Shown piece by piece: positions 11,868 through 23,619 of a stretch of 64,000 bases of DNA. Under the pieces are notes generated by a model, which had not been told where the DNA came from, made no database searches, and saw only the letters and a list, made by a program, of their open reading frames with translations. Source of the stretch: Curvularia clavata (taxonomy: Eukaryota); the NCBI GenBank assembly GCA_023920165.1, contig CP089276.1, positions 1,860,001 to 1,924,000 on the forward strand, read 5' to 3'. The first letter of the stretch is position 1; every line of letters begins with the position of its first letter. Position numbers and translations under genes: made by a program.

Positions 11868-12947
11868 ATGTATGCATCTCCTAGGATCCTCACTAGCAAG
11901 CCCTTTATTTGGTTATGCTTTTTCTTGATTACCTTTCCATTTATACTTTGGTATCGCGGCACATTAAATGGTCTTTCAGTACCGCACCGAAGACCTCCAC
12001 CGCGGCCAGCCCCGCAGTTCTTCGCGCATGGTGATTCGAGATGCCTACCAGAAGTATCTCCTGAATTCATTGAAGCAGCGACAGCCAAGCGGGCGAAGTG
12101 TCGAAAATACTCACCTTTCGCAAGTGCGAGATCGCGCATCGGAATCGTCACGGCACACTTTGGCGAGCCCAAAGAGCACTACCAGGTGGCACTCCAAACA
12201 CATCTCTTCCACTCTTTGGTCCATGGTACAGAAGTCAGGGTGTTGTGCGATCCTATTGTCGACGACCTGTGGAACAAACCAGCTTTCATTTTGAATTTAC
12301 TCATGCGCGAGATGCTGAAACCGGAGAGGGAACGTCTCGAATGGATCGAATGGGTAGACCGCGACACTCTGATTCTTGATCAATGCCGTCCTATCTCGAG
12401 TTTCCTTCCAGCCGAAAAGGCGCGTTATGAGTCGTGGTGGCGATACAACACTGAGGAGGGGCAGCCCCAAGCGAACGCCACAAACCTTCTCGTCACCGCG
12501 GACTGGAATGGCCTCAACAATGGCGTATTTCTCCTCCGCGTAAACAGCTGGGCGATTGAACTCTTCACTGCCATCCTTGCTTTCCGGCACTACAAGCCCG
12601 ATATCAATCTTCCATTCACAGAACAATCCGCTATGGAGCAAGTCCTCGGTACGAGCCATTTCAAAGAGCAAACAAGGTACGTGCCTCAGTATTGGTTCAA
12701 TGCCTACGAGGGGGCCGGGGCACAATCGTTTGAGGAGCGCGATGATTTGGAAGGGTTGAAACAATTCCAGGCCAGGCGAGGCGACTACTTGGTGCACTTC
12801 GCAGGGCACAGCAAAAAGGATGAGGCAATACTGGAATGGAATGACATGCTGGACAGGAGCGGAGATGTTTGGGAAGAGAACAGGGTACTGAGGGATGTGT
12901 CACATGAAATCGAGACTTTCTGGAAAAGCCTAAACCATGGAAGGTAG
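11868..12947 (+). CDS. Glycosyltransferase family 34 (Mnn10/galactosyltransferase-like), type II membrane protein
   Basis: N-terminal TM helix and Pro-rich stem, WNKP, DxD motif WVDRD, GLNNGVFLLR, EQSAM, HFAG. Intronless, 359 aa. Confidence 0.9.
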   Translation: MYASPRILTSKPFIWLCFFLITFPFILWYRGTLNGLSVPHRRPPPRPAPQFFAHGDSRCLPEVSPEFIEAATAKRAKCRKYSPFASARSRIGIVTAHFGEPKEHYQVALQTHLFHSLVHGTEVRVLCDPIVDDLWNKPAFILNLLMREMLKPERERLEWIEWVDRDTLILDQCRPISSFLPAEKARYESWWRYNTEEGQPQANATNLLVTADWNGLNNGVFLLRVNSWAIELFTAILAFRHYKPDINLPFTEQSAMEQVLGTSHFKEQTRYVPQYWFNAYEGAGAQSFEERDDLEGLKQFQARRGDYLVHFAGHSKKDEAILEWNDMLDRSGDVWEENRVLRDVSHEIETFWKSLNHGR

Positions 12948-14792
12948 CGCTGTCATGGCGACGCATACCAAGGGTTTCACGTACTCGATAGCTCCAATAA
13001 AATCTTTCCGAACGTCCAGTGATGGGTGTATGCAAACGAGCATTGGGGATCCCACTTCCTCATTGAGAGGGAAGATTCGAAATGCCTTCTGGAAATACTA
13101 TAGGGCTGTCTGTGGCTGCAGAAGGTCGCCTCGGCAGTAGAGAGGCGTTGCTGCAGCTGCTTAAATTGGTAGCGACTCCGTGTACTGGAAACCAACCAGC
13201 ATCGGGACAAGATAAGAAAAGAGGCAGCTTTACCGATCGTGCATAGAGTGGCTGTTAGCGTATCTAACCCATAGGAGGCCTGATAATTTTCGTCAACACC
13301 ACGACTCTCGAAAGCGAGGTGGCGCACTTAAGACGATACTTGCCGGCAATGCTGTCGCCCAGTCATTTGCAGTGATGCTCGCTTTCTCCTTACATCCGAG
13401 CCTTGAATATAGAAAGTCGCTGTCATAAGAGATTACATACAATGTACACGCTTGATGAGGGAGTGGCACGGTATAAGTGGAACTGAGGTATTATCACATG
13501 AGGGGCCTAACGCCTGCACGAGCCATTATGTTTCGACTGGCCTGCTATCTCATGGGCCAGGCGTTGTGTGGCTCTGGCTTTGTCGTATTTTCCAAGGGCA
13601 ATTTAGGCAGTATTCTCGCAGGGTTTTCAGGCCATCTCAATGGACTGGCTGTAAAACCCGTCCAGCTTCAGGCGTCAGACTAGAGACACTTACGGCCGCG
13701 GGCCGTCCGACTAGTGACAATAGTGATGCCGCTCGAACCGTACACGCCTCCCTGCCCAGGCCTACCAGCCGGAAGCTAGTGAGAGCCGCCAAAATTTCCT
13801 TGGACTCGTTGAATCACCCGCATTTCAACTGACAGCCAGTGGGTCTCGAGTCAAGACTGCACGACAACTGATAAAGGCTGCGATGACTTCACCCGCATCC
13901 TCGAATCCCTGGTTGTTGTTGGAGTTGAGCCTTACAGCATTATTCCAGGAACCACCGAAGCAGTGCCGCATATACCACCGGAGAAGCGCCAGCAGCGCTG
14001 CGCAGATCATTTGGCATTTGAATTTTTGCAACGCTTCTCTTTCAATCACATCACCTTTTTGGGGTAAACACCTCCCCTTCCATCCTCCGCATTGGTCACA
14101 CCACCGCAAACTTTGCATTGGAAAATCCAGGTTCAGGTTGGGGCTGTCAGACGCACGCCCTGTCCATCCCACGCTATATTGTTGTCGGTCCCATCGGCAT
14201 CAACACTGAACGTCCGCTTAGGCCCTCGCTGCAGATCATCACAAAGGCTTCCCAGCTCTACCGAGGTTTGGTCCCTGCGACACGTTCTGTGCCTTGCACA
14301 TGACGTTTGGGGCCCGGGGGTCTCTTCTATCCGTCCCTAAGCGATTCGATCGGTTCACCACTGCCGCCACCCCAGACTTCCAGACTTCCAGACTTCCAGA
14401 GCGACAAGCCCACTGCCATTACCCCAGAGCAACACTTCCCCCCAAGCGACATCCGAGAGCACCTTGAACAAAACGTTATCCTGATCGTCAACGAGAGCCC
14501 CATGTCCCAGATTAGTGCTGATTCTTCATCCATATCCGGCTTCAAGAGATTGCGCGCTGCTTGCTGACCCGACGCTTCGGTGCTCTGTCGAACTTTTGCG
14601 TCTCCAGCACCTCGATTCACCTTTCCCACTCAGATCCTGATTCCACAACATCTACAGTACAACCCTCGTTTGTCCCTATTGATCCAACAAACGCCCAGTG
14701 CAATCTAGGCCACGGCCAACCCTGGTCCCCCGGGTCCAGACGCCAGCCCTCGCGACAACTTCGGCGATTTAACCAACGCAACCACCGCCCCG

Positions 14793-16054
14793 ATGGCGTC
14801 ACATCTACTTCAGCCAGAGGCCGGGATATTCTACGCCGTATGCTGGATCGTCGTCATTGTCCGCCTGATTTCGCGAAGGCTGCATCGCGGATCATGGAAG
14901 CTCTTGCAACTGGATGACTACTTGATCCTCGTTGCTATGGTTCGCCACCCACGGCCCTCGAACGAGTACAGATGCTAAATTATGAGTTTAGGCTACAGAT
15001 ACTGTGCTCATGATCCTCATGAATCAAATCACCAAAACCAGCAGCAATCTGATACCCCCTGGCGACGATATCTCCCAGTATTCCGAAGCCGAGATCAAGT
15101 CTCGTATCTACGGTTCCAAGCTCGTCTTGGTGGTAGAGCAGATGCAGATCATCACAATCTGGCTGGTCAAAGCCTGTCTGCTCATCATGTACAACCGCAT
15201 GACTATGGTCTTGCCCCAGCACAAGATTGTTGTCGCCACTTCCATCTATGTCGCTGTGTCGTTTGTCGTGATGGAAATACTATATCTTGGTGTGTGGTGT
15301 AGGCCGTTCAATCAGTACTGGGCAGTGCCTCCAAACTCAAGTAAGCACACTGCAGTTCTTTGGTCGCATAGCGCTTACCGTTACAGAACAATGTTCCGCG
15401 GCAACGAATCACCTCATTACCAACGCCATCTTCAACATTTCCAGCGATTTGATCATTATATGCATACCCATGCCACTCCTCTTCAAAGTACGCTTGCCAA
15501 CCAAGAACAAAATTGTTCTGGGCATGATTTTTTGCATCGGAACTTTCACCATTGTCGCTGCTGCTCTTAACAAGTACTATTCTTTCACACACCCCTTCGG
15601 AACCGAGTGGACGATTTGGTATTTGCGAGAATCGTACACTGCAATCCTCTGCGCAAATCTTCCACTTACCTACCCACTCATCCAACGCATCTTCCACCTC
15701 CGCAACTGGAGCTCGAACACATACGATTCTCCAAGGCCGTATGTTGTTTCCACCAACCGCGCGCCGCTGTCTTCGCATAACAGTGCTGCGAACTGGCCGG
15801 CACCTAGAACGCAACCACTCCCACTCCCCCGAGGGTTCAGAGACGTCTTCCGACGGACAGAAAGCCAGGAAGATATAAATGGTGGCTTGGGCAAGCAAAA
15901 AGAGGACCGCGACCCTGAGTTCATCACCAGTGCCATTGAGATGGACGATGCAGAGTCACGTAGGGTGTCGAATATCAGTGGGCCTGACAGTTCGCGGAAC
16001 TCTCGGAGCATGGATGAGAGAAACAAAACCCCCGATAAATTTCACCCAGTATGA
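14793..16054 (+). CDS. PTH11-like integral membrane receptor (fungal rhodopsin domain, no CFEM)
   Basis: Exons 14793-14939, 14992-15340, 15387-16054. Motifs DDYLI, WLVKACLL, CRPF..W, NISSDLIIICIP, LRES..AILCANLP. Seven hydrophobic helices and a polar tail. Confidence 0.9.
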
Positions 16055-16407
16055 AGAAATAATATAAAATTCTAATGATGTAACCCCGCTTATTTGGATC
16101 TCTCTTGCTACTGACCTTGCTCCCTCACCACAGCATAACCCAAGACAAGCTACGAACACCGGACCCTCATGAATTAACAGAAATCGGCCTAGACTGACCG
16201 TCTGAGGCCCTCAGGTCTTCGTCATCGCGTTGTGCCTGTCCCTGGAGCACCATGATGGACGTGCCAGACCGGGACCGTTAGCCATCACGGTACACGACTA
16301 CTCACACGAGAGAGAGGTTACGGGAGCTGTCGAATACTCCATAAAATCCTCTGGTCAGTAGCAGCTCAAATTGAGCAGCAGAAAAGAATTGCGAACCATA
16401 CCATACC

Positions 16408-18164
16408 ATGCACATTCACGATGTTCTGATCGTCGGCGCGGGACCAGCTGGTCTAGCGGCCGCAGCACGACTCCGAGAACATACACCATCGGCGACCTTC
16501 ACCGACGATGAACACCAGCGATATCACTGGATCAAAAAGCATGGCCGGAAGATGAATATCAAGGATTACCGAACGAACAAGGACTCTTTACCAACGCCAT
16601 CCTCTACACTAGATAATTCGGACTGTGGATGCGAGCATCCTGCATCGTCAGAGGAAACGATAGACATGCTGGTTCTCGATGCCGACGGGGCAGAGTGGAT
16701 GTCTAAATGGAAACGCCTCTTCAAAACATTCCAAATCGACTTCCTTCGAAGCCCAATGTTCTTCCATGTCGATCCCGCCGACCGAGACGCCCTGCTCGCA
16801 TACACGTACGAAGAGAAAAGGGGCAAGGACCTTCTCCCTCTGCCTGGTATTGCGGGCAAAGAAGTCAGCAAGCATAAGAAAAAGAAGAAGATGAAGCAAG
16901 GAAGGTTCCTCGGCGGAACACCAGATGTCGATGAGCGAGATCGCAAAGACTACTTTACGCCACGAACGGATTTGTTCGAAGCGCATTGTAGCGAGGTCGT
17001 GCGACGGTACCGACTTGGAACCGACATGCTCCGTCAGGAAAACGTGAAGGATATAGAGTACAGCGAGATCGCACAGTTTGCAGACGTCGAGCATGACAGT
17101 GTCATTTCTGATGACGGTTCAGAAGACGACCGGAAGATATTCCGTGTGACGACCGACCAAGGTGTACGCTTCGCACATGTAGTTATCCTTGCAGTTGGCC
17201 CTGGCAACGCGCCGTCCCTTCCTACTGTGCCTGGTCTACCCAGCGCACACCCGCATGAAGGGTTCTCGCATGCAATGCATATCAAGCAGTTTCCAGCGCC
17301 ACACGTGATGGCCAAGATCAAGGCTTGTCAGAACACCAACATGCTCATCATTGGAGGCGGCTTGACGAGCATCCAGCTGGCCGATCTGGTAATCAAGCGC
17401 GGCGTAAGCAAGGTCTGGATGCTTATGCGTGGACCTATCAAGGTGAAATACTTTGACATGGACCTAGATTGGGTCGCCAAGTTTCGAAACTTCAATCAGG
17501 CCGCATTCTGGTCTGCAGACACAGACGAAGGTACGCGAGATGGCTATATCAGCATAAGAGAGTGAGACTCTAACAAACTTTAACAGAGCGTTGGGAAATG
17601 ATACTCGCGGCTCGAAACGGTGGTAGCATGACACCTCGGTACCGCAAGATTCTCGACGCACACATTGCGCACGGCAAGGTTTCCTTATACACGCACACAA
17701 CCCTCGACTCCGTGTCTTGGGACCCTGCGTCTAAAACGTGGACGTGCGAGACGTCGTCAGCTGATGTCAGCCTCCCGTCGCTAGACTATATCGTCTTTGC
17801 AACGGGTATTCAGTCAGATATCCGCACCATACCTTCTTTGCAGACAATTCAGAAACAGCACCCTATCAAGTACGTCGGCGGTCTGCCATGCCTCAACGAC
17901 GATTTGATGTGGAACGACGATGTGCCACTGTTTGTGACTGGAAGGCTCGCGAGCCTCAGACTGGGGCCTGGGGCGCCGAATCTTGTGGGAGCAAGAGTCG
18001 GCGCAGAGAGGATCGCATGGAATGTAGATGATGTTTTGAAGAAGCTGGGAAGGTCGCGTCACCCTGTGAATGATTCGGGCGAGAGTGATAGCGGAAACGA
18101 GATGGAAACCTATGCTGCAGCTAGAGATAACCGATTTGGAACTCTAGTCGAGATGGATGAATGA
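16408..18164 (+). CDS. FAD/NAD(P)-dependent oxidoreductase (two-dinucleotide-binding flavoprotein)
   Basis: GAGPAG FAD motif, IIGGGLTS second Rossmann motif, FATG, FLRSPMFFH. Intron 17531-17586 joins the two ORFs in frame. Confidence 0.85.
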
Positions 18165-18439
18165 TAGCCTTTGGCGGATGTAGTCCCCTAGTGTAGCTGT
18201 ATTATGCATGAAATTCAAAAACTCGTTCACACTCACATGCTGCCGTTCATGTGGGCAACTTTAACGCCACCTATTTTCGTGCATCGGAAAATATCGCTCT
18301 GACGTTGCGGCCGAAGAGGTTACGACACGCGGGAACCGACTCCTCGGCTAGCAAATCGGCTGGCCGGACGCCTGCATCTTTCCTTCCACCAAAACATCAT
18401 CTGCGCATCACCTCGTAATACCCAGGTCCTTCAACGCAA

Positions 18440-19595
18440 ATGGTTTCAGGCGGCAATGTAAGTAACACAGTAACCACGTGCAGTACTAGTACTGATGAGA
18501 GGCAGGACGACAATATACCCGCGGTAGTCTCTCTGGCGGCCGGCGGTGTTGCTGGCGGTGTCGAAGGGTTTCTCTCGGTATGATCCAAAGAGGAATTCCG
18601 GTCCCTAATCACGTGACTTATGCTCTTGTAGTATCCCATGGAATTTGCAAAGACAAGAGTGCAATTGAGAGCCGAGAGGGGAGTACCGACGCCAAGAAAC
18701 CCTTTCCTTGTTGTTACCCAGGTGTATCAGCAGGAGGGCATCAGGGCGCTGTACAAGGGCTGCGGCGCGTTGGTATTTGTAAGTGCATCTCTTTTCACAC
18801 TCATGATTCCAGTATGCAGGCGAGATTCGTTCGTTTAGGACTTTTCTTTCACTCTGTACACACGATAGAGTTTGCTTGTTTGAAAGTCACCAACACGCAA
18901 CACCTCGAGTATCAAGACCAACACAAGAGCAGGGTTCCGTCGGAAAAGATGGCGTCCGATTCCTCTTCTTCGATCAGATCAAATCCTCCTTCGCCGACCC
19001 AGAGACAGGCACCCTTTCTCCTCTGCGCAACCTCTTGGCTGGTATGACAGCTGGAGTCGTTGCATCGATAACCGCAGTCACTCCAACCGAGCGCATCAAG
19101 ACCGCGCTCATCGACGACGCCAGGACCGAAAAGCGCTTCCGCTCCGGTCTCCATGCTACCACTACCATCTGGAAAGAGCACGGTATTCTAGGTCTCTACC
19201 GTGGATTCGCTGGCACCACGCTCAAACAAGCATCGGCAACGGCATTCCGAATGGGTACGTACAATATTCTCAAAGACTACGAAAAGAAGAAGAACATCGA
19301 GCAAAATACTGCGGTCAACTTCGCAAACGGATCCGTGGCAGGCATTGTGACTACGCTTTCTACACAGCCGTTTGATGTCATTAAGACGCGATCGCAGAGT
19401 GCAAAGGGAACGAGCACCGTCGAGGCAATTAAGAGTGTGCTGCTGGACTATGGCATTCGCGGATTCTGGAAAGGCACGACGATGAGGTTGGGTCGCACAG
19501 TATTTAGTGGTGGTATCTTGTTCACGAGCTACGAAGCCGCTGTCAAGGTTATTTTGCCGTTGTATCCCGGGGCTAGGCAGGTTGAGGCTGCGTAG
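18440..19595 (+). CDS. Mitochondrial carrier, citrate/tricarboxylate transporter (CTP1-like)
   Basis: Three carrier signatures: YPMEFAKTR, TPTERIKT, QPFDVIKTR. Also KQAS and TMRLGR, as in citrate carriers. Four exons with GT-AG introns. Confidence 0.88.
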
Positions 19596-19651
19596 AATAA
19601 TCCTAATATACTACTCTTATAATGTTGCTGCATCTCCTGAGATTATGAAGA

Positions 19652-22600
19652 CTATGCTTTGCTGTCGTACTCGTCAATCACACTCACGGGCTTCACGAAC
19701 TTGCCCAACGGCTTGTACTCCAGATGGTCCAATCCAAACGCTTTCGGGCCTCCAATTTCAATCCCTTTTGCGCTGGTCCAGCGCTCACTCGCGGTGACGC
19801 CAATGACGGAAACCAGCAAGCCGTATCTGTACTCTGGGGTCCCAATTGCCTCGCCATTCTGTGCATCGATTACAGCGATAAGGTCTGGCACAATGGCCAG
19901 TACATCTTCGTTCTTTTCCTCGCCAGTCGTGCTTTCTCCGCCCTCGGGCACCCGTACCGCAGCGATATTCTCATTCTTGAAGGGTATCTTGATCTTGCCT
20001 TGGTACTCAGGGGTGGTGCTTTCGATCACTACTTCGCCATAGACATGGCCCATGTAGAGTTTGCGCTCTACGCCGACAATCTTCCCCTTGAAGAGTACGC
20101 GGCCCGTTTCGGAGCCGCCGATTGCATCGATGATGGACTCCGCAACGCTATCGATTCTGTTTTCTTTGCGTGCTCTTGCTACCTCGCGGCCTATGCGCCA
20201 AGATAGAGAAATCGTGTGCTCGACTGCCCATCGCCTTGTCTCGGCGCCAGTCACTGGGGCGTCGGCGGTTCCGACATGGCTTCCCATCTGGCTCAGTGCC
20301 GCTCTGATGACTTGCTCGACTTTTAGATCGCTCGTCGCGGTCGGCATGTAGAGTGTGTTGCCATTACCGTCGGCCACGGCTACTGGTGCGAAAACGATCT
20401 CACGTTCACCAAATACAACGGGGGTCGTCTGCCACTTGGTTGGGTATGCGCGACCCATCCAGTCGCCATCGATACAGGGTACGTTCATGTTGCTCGAGGC
20501 ACCTAGAACGAGGCCTTGTAATCCGTTTGAACCACCAATCTCAAGAGGTATGATGTGCGTGGCATATTGGCCTCCTCCAAGCGCGTAGAGGTGGTTCTGG
20601 GCGTCCATCATCCTGTACACCATCAGTATAGTTGACACCTAGTGTTGTGAAAGGCAAGAGCTTACTCATCAGCAGACAGCTTCTCGATGCCCACTGTAGG
20701 GCTTCCAGCACCTCCTCCGCTCCCCACTCGAGCATCATCTTTCAAGTCATCAGGGCTGACGACACGAATTGTGTGACCAGACCGGAGTATCCCACGAACC
20801 CGAAGCATGGTAGAGTAGGGCGATCCGCCGCCACCGGTACCCAGGATATAGCAGCCAATTGTTATCCACGCTAAGTCGGTCTCTGATATCCACCACTCTC
20901 GATTCTTGACATTGGGCTTGTATGTAGCAATGTTAACGTCGGTTGCTACGTCTGCCTCATCAGCATTTTCTTCAGTCGAAGGCGCAGCGATACCAGCGCC
21001 TGTATCCTCATTAATGTCAGACTCTTCTCCTTCCTTGGTCACATTCAGATCCGCAAAGTCGCCCGCTCGTGCAAAGTCAAAGTCGCCCGCAGCTCTGACT
21101 ATGAATCGCGTTTTGTTGGCCACATACTGCAAAGGCAGATCCTCCACTTCAACGATTGCAACAGTATCTGCCGAGCCACCTGCTTCGACGGTCTTTTGCT
21201 TGGCCTCTGCACATATTTCTGCCAGAGTTTCCTTTTGTGACTGCTTCTCGGTTGACTTTACAGTGTCAATGACAGCGCTGACGCGTGCCATTGCGGCGCC
21301 AATGGCGTTGGCTACACCGGACCAACGAGGCTTGATAACTCTGCTTGCGCCTTTTAGCTCATCTGGCGCTATAACGGCTCCACCGCCGACCAGCAGGACT
21401 GGAAGGTCATCGGGTGACGTTTTCATCGTGTCTATGATGCTCTCCAGCATGCGCTTCGTTTCCACCTTGAAAGCTTGGAGATCATCATTTTGAAGCTTTC
21501 CTCGCACCTTGTCTGGCTCACCAATTGCAACGTCGGAGGCCGCCACAGTGTAGTCAGTCGCGGTTGCGACGTCACCACCGAATACGAGCGCCTTCTCCGG
21601 TAGCTTGTAGCCCACAGACTCTGGGCCAACCTGCATCCGTCCTTGGACTCTTCTGACCAGACTGCCGCCTCCTAATCCTATACTCTTGACATCGGGGTAT
21701 GAAAAATTCATTCTCACGCCCGAAAGCTCCGAGTATGCGGCTTGCTGTCTTGGAAAGCCATTTGCAAGTAACAAGCCCACGTCAGTAGTCGTTCCACCGA
21801 CATCAACGACCATCATAGCTTCCCCCTTTTCTTGCTTCCCCATCAAAAAGGCAGCTCCACGCATACTGTTCGTTGGACCGGACGAGAAAGTCCGAATTGG
21901 CAGTTGGCTAGCTGCTTTACCGCTCAGTATTGTACCGTCATTCTGCGTGATGAAGACCGGGCAGTCGAGTCCCAATTTCTTGACTGGAGTCTGGAACGAC
22001 GCAATCGTCTTGCGGGCAAAAGAAAGAATCGAGGCGTTCAATATAGCCGCATTCTCTCGCTCGAGGAACCCGAGATTGGCTACCGTCTTGCTGAGAACAA
22101 TGTCCACCTCTTTGCCCAGCTCACGCCTAATGATCTCTGCTGCGCGCTCTTCCTGCTTCTCGACAGTGTCGATTGGACTGAAGACGCCATTTACAACTAT
22201 GCTCTTGATTCCCTTCTCTTTGATTATAGCACATTGCTCTACTATTTCCTGCTCTTTGATGTCGGAAACCAGACTGCCATCTACTTCCAAACCTCCCTTG
22301 ACGAGCGCATAATGCCCAAGGATAATCGTACGCAGGGAGGCAGGCCAATCGACACATGGTGGTGCATGTTTGCTGAATGGGCCGCAGAGACGTATCACAG
22401 CAACGCGAGAGAGACGCGTTCGATCCCGAGTCACTACTGCATTTACGAAATGCGTAGTTCCTATCGTCACACTGGCTACAGATGCTGGGTCTATGGATGC
22501 GGATTTGAACATGGTAGTAATGGCATTGGCGATTCCATGGCTAGGGTCCGTCGTCGTTGGAGCTTTGTGCCTAGTGCTTGATGTGAGCTCTTATGCTTAG

Positions 22601-22888
22601 TCGCAAATACAAAATGGCGGTCTTCGATTGAGCAGGTATCTAGAAGTTAGTAATAAGGGCGGGAACTGAGGAGGTAGGTGTCCAAAAGTTGCTCAAAGAG
22701 AAAAGGTCCTACCAAGCAAGGATGCCGCGTTCATCTTCATTCGACTTTGTAGGATCAATGATGACTCCATCTGTGTTCGTACTACAAGGAGACCATCAGT
22801 TTCGCTGTGCCAATCATTCGCTGAAAAGCCGTCCTGTTGCTTACCCGCCGACGTCAACGCCTATTCGCAGATTTTTCGTCGGAGCCAT
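19652..22888 (-). CDS. Hydantoinase/oxoprolinase A (actin-like ATPase) fused to a DUF917 domain
   Basis: Start MAPTKNLRIGVDVGGTNTD across short exons. GTTHFVNA, ERENAAILNA, SSGPTNS, VDVGGTTTD, SIGLGGGS. C-terminal DUF917 motifs LGTGGGG, EIGGSNG, DGDWMGRAYP, FKNEN, VPDLI. Confidence 0.9.
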
Positions 22889-23619
22889 GGTAGATAAATA
22901 TACTGTGATTGGAATAAGGAAATAGTGAGTACGACAGAAAAATACAACAATTCCGTGAAATCATGTCATATTCGACGTGCCACTGCTAAGATCTGATAAC
23001 CTTTCGTTTGGTGGGGTCAATATCCGTACTATCGCCGGAAGCCCCGACGGATTCCGACGTCGCACCCGCCTTACTCTTTCCGCACCACGACCACCTTCCC
23101 TCTGCACCTCCAACTAACACCTCCGCACCTCCAATGCTTGACCTCCAATCCCAAAACCATGTCCCGCATCTCTGCAATCAACCCAATCCCTTCGTTGATA
23201 GCTGGTTGCTTCCCAGCAGCCATCCCAGGCAATTCTCACCCCACATGCCGATCTTCTGCATATCAAGAGAGCTCCAGATAAGATGCATCCGCCCGACCCC
23301 TCTTTTATACCCCAAACCCTAATGAACCGTTGCAACACGTCGAGCCATTGCAACATGGATGAATGCATCTTATCTTGATTATTTTCCCTTGGTTCTCGGC
23401 CTTACTTGGCGTATATGTATGGTAGGAATTGCGGTACGAGGGCTCGGTGAGCGAGCCGATTGCTTTCACACGATAGAAGATAGTCGTTTGATATTGCTTT
23501 GAAAACATCCCTCCCCGCTCAAGTACTCACTCCACCGGCTTTTCGATCCCATCTGCGTGTAATGCCACCATCTCACCTTTCACTTTAACTAAGAAACCCG
23601 CAACACCCAACTCCTCAAG

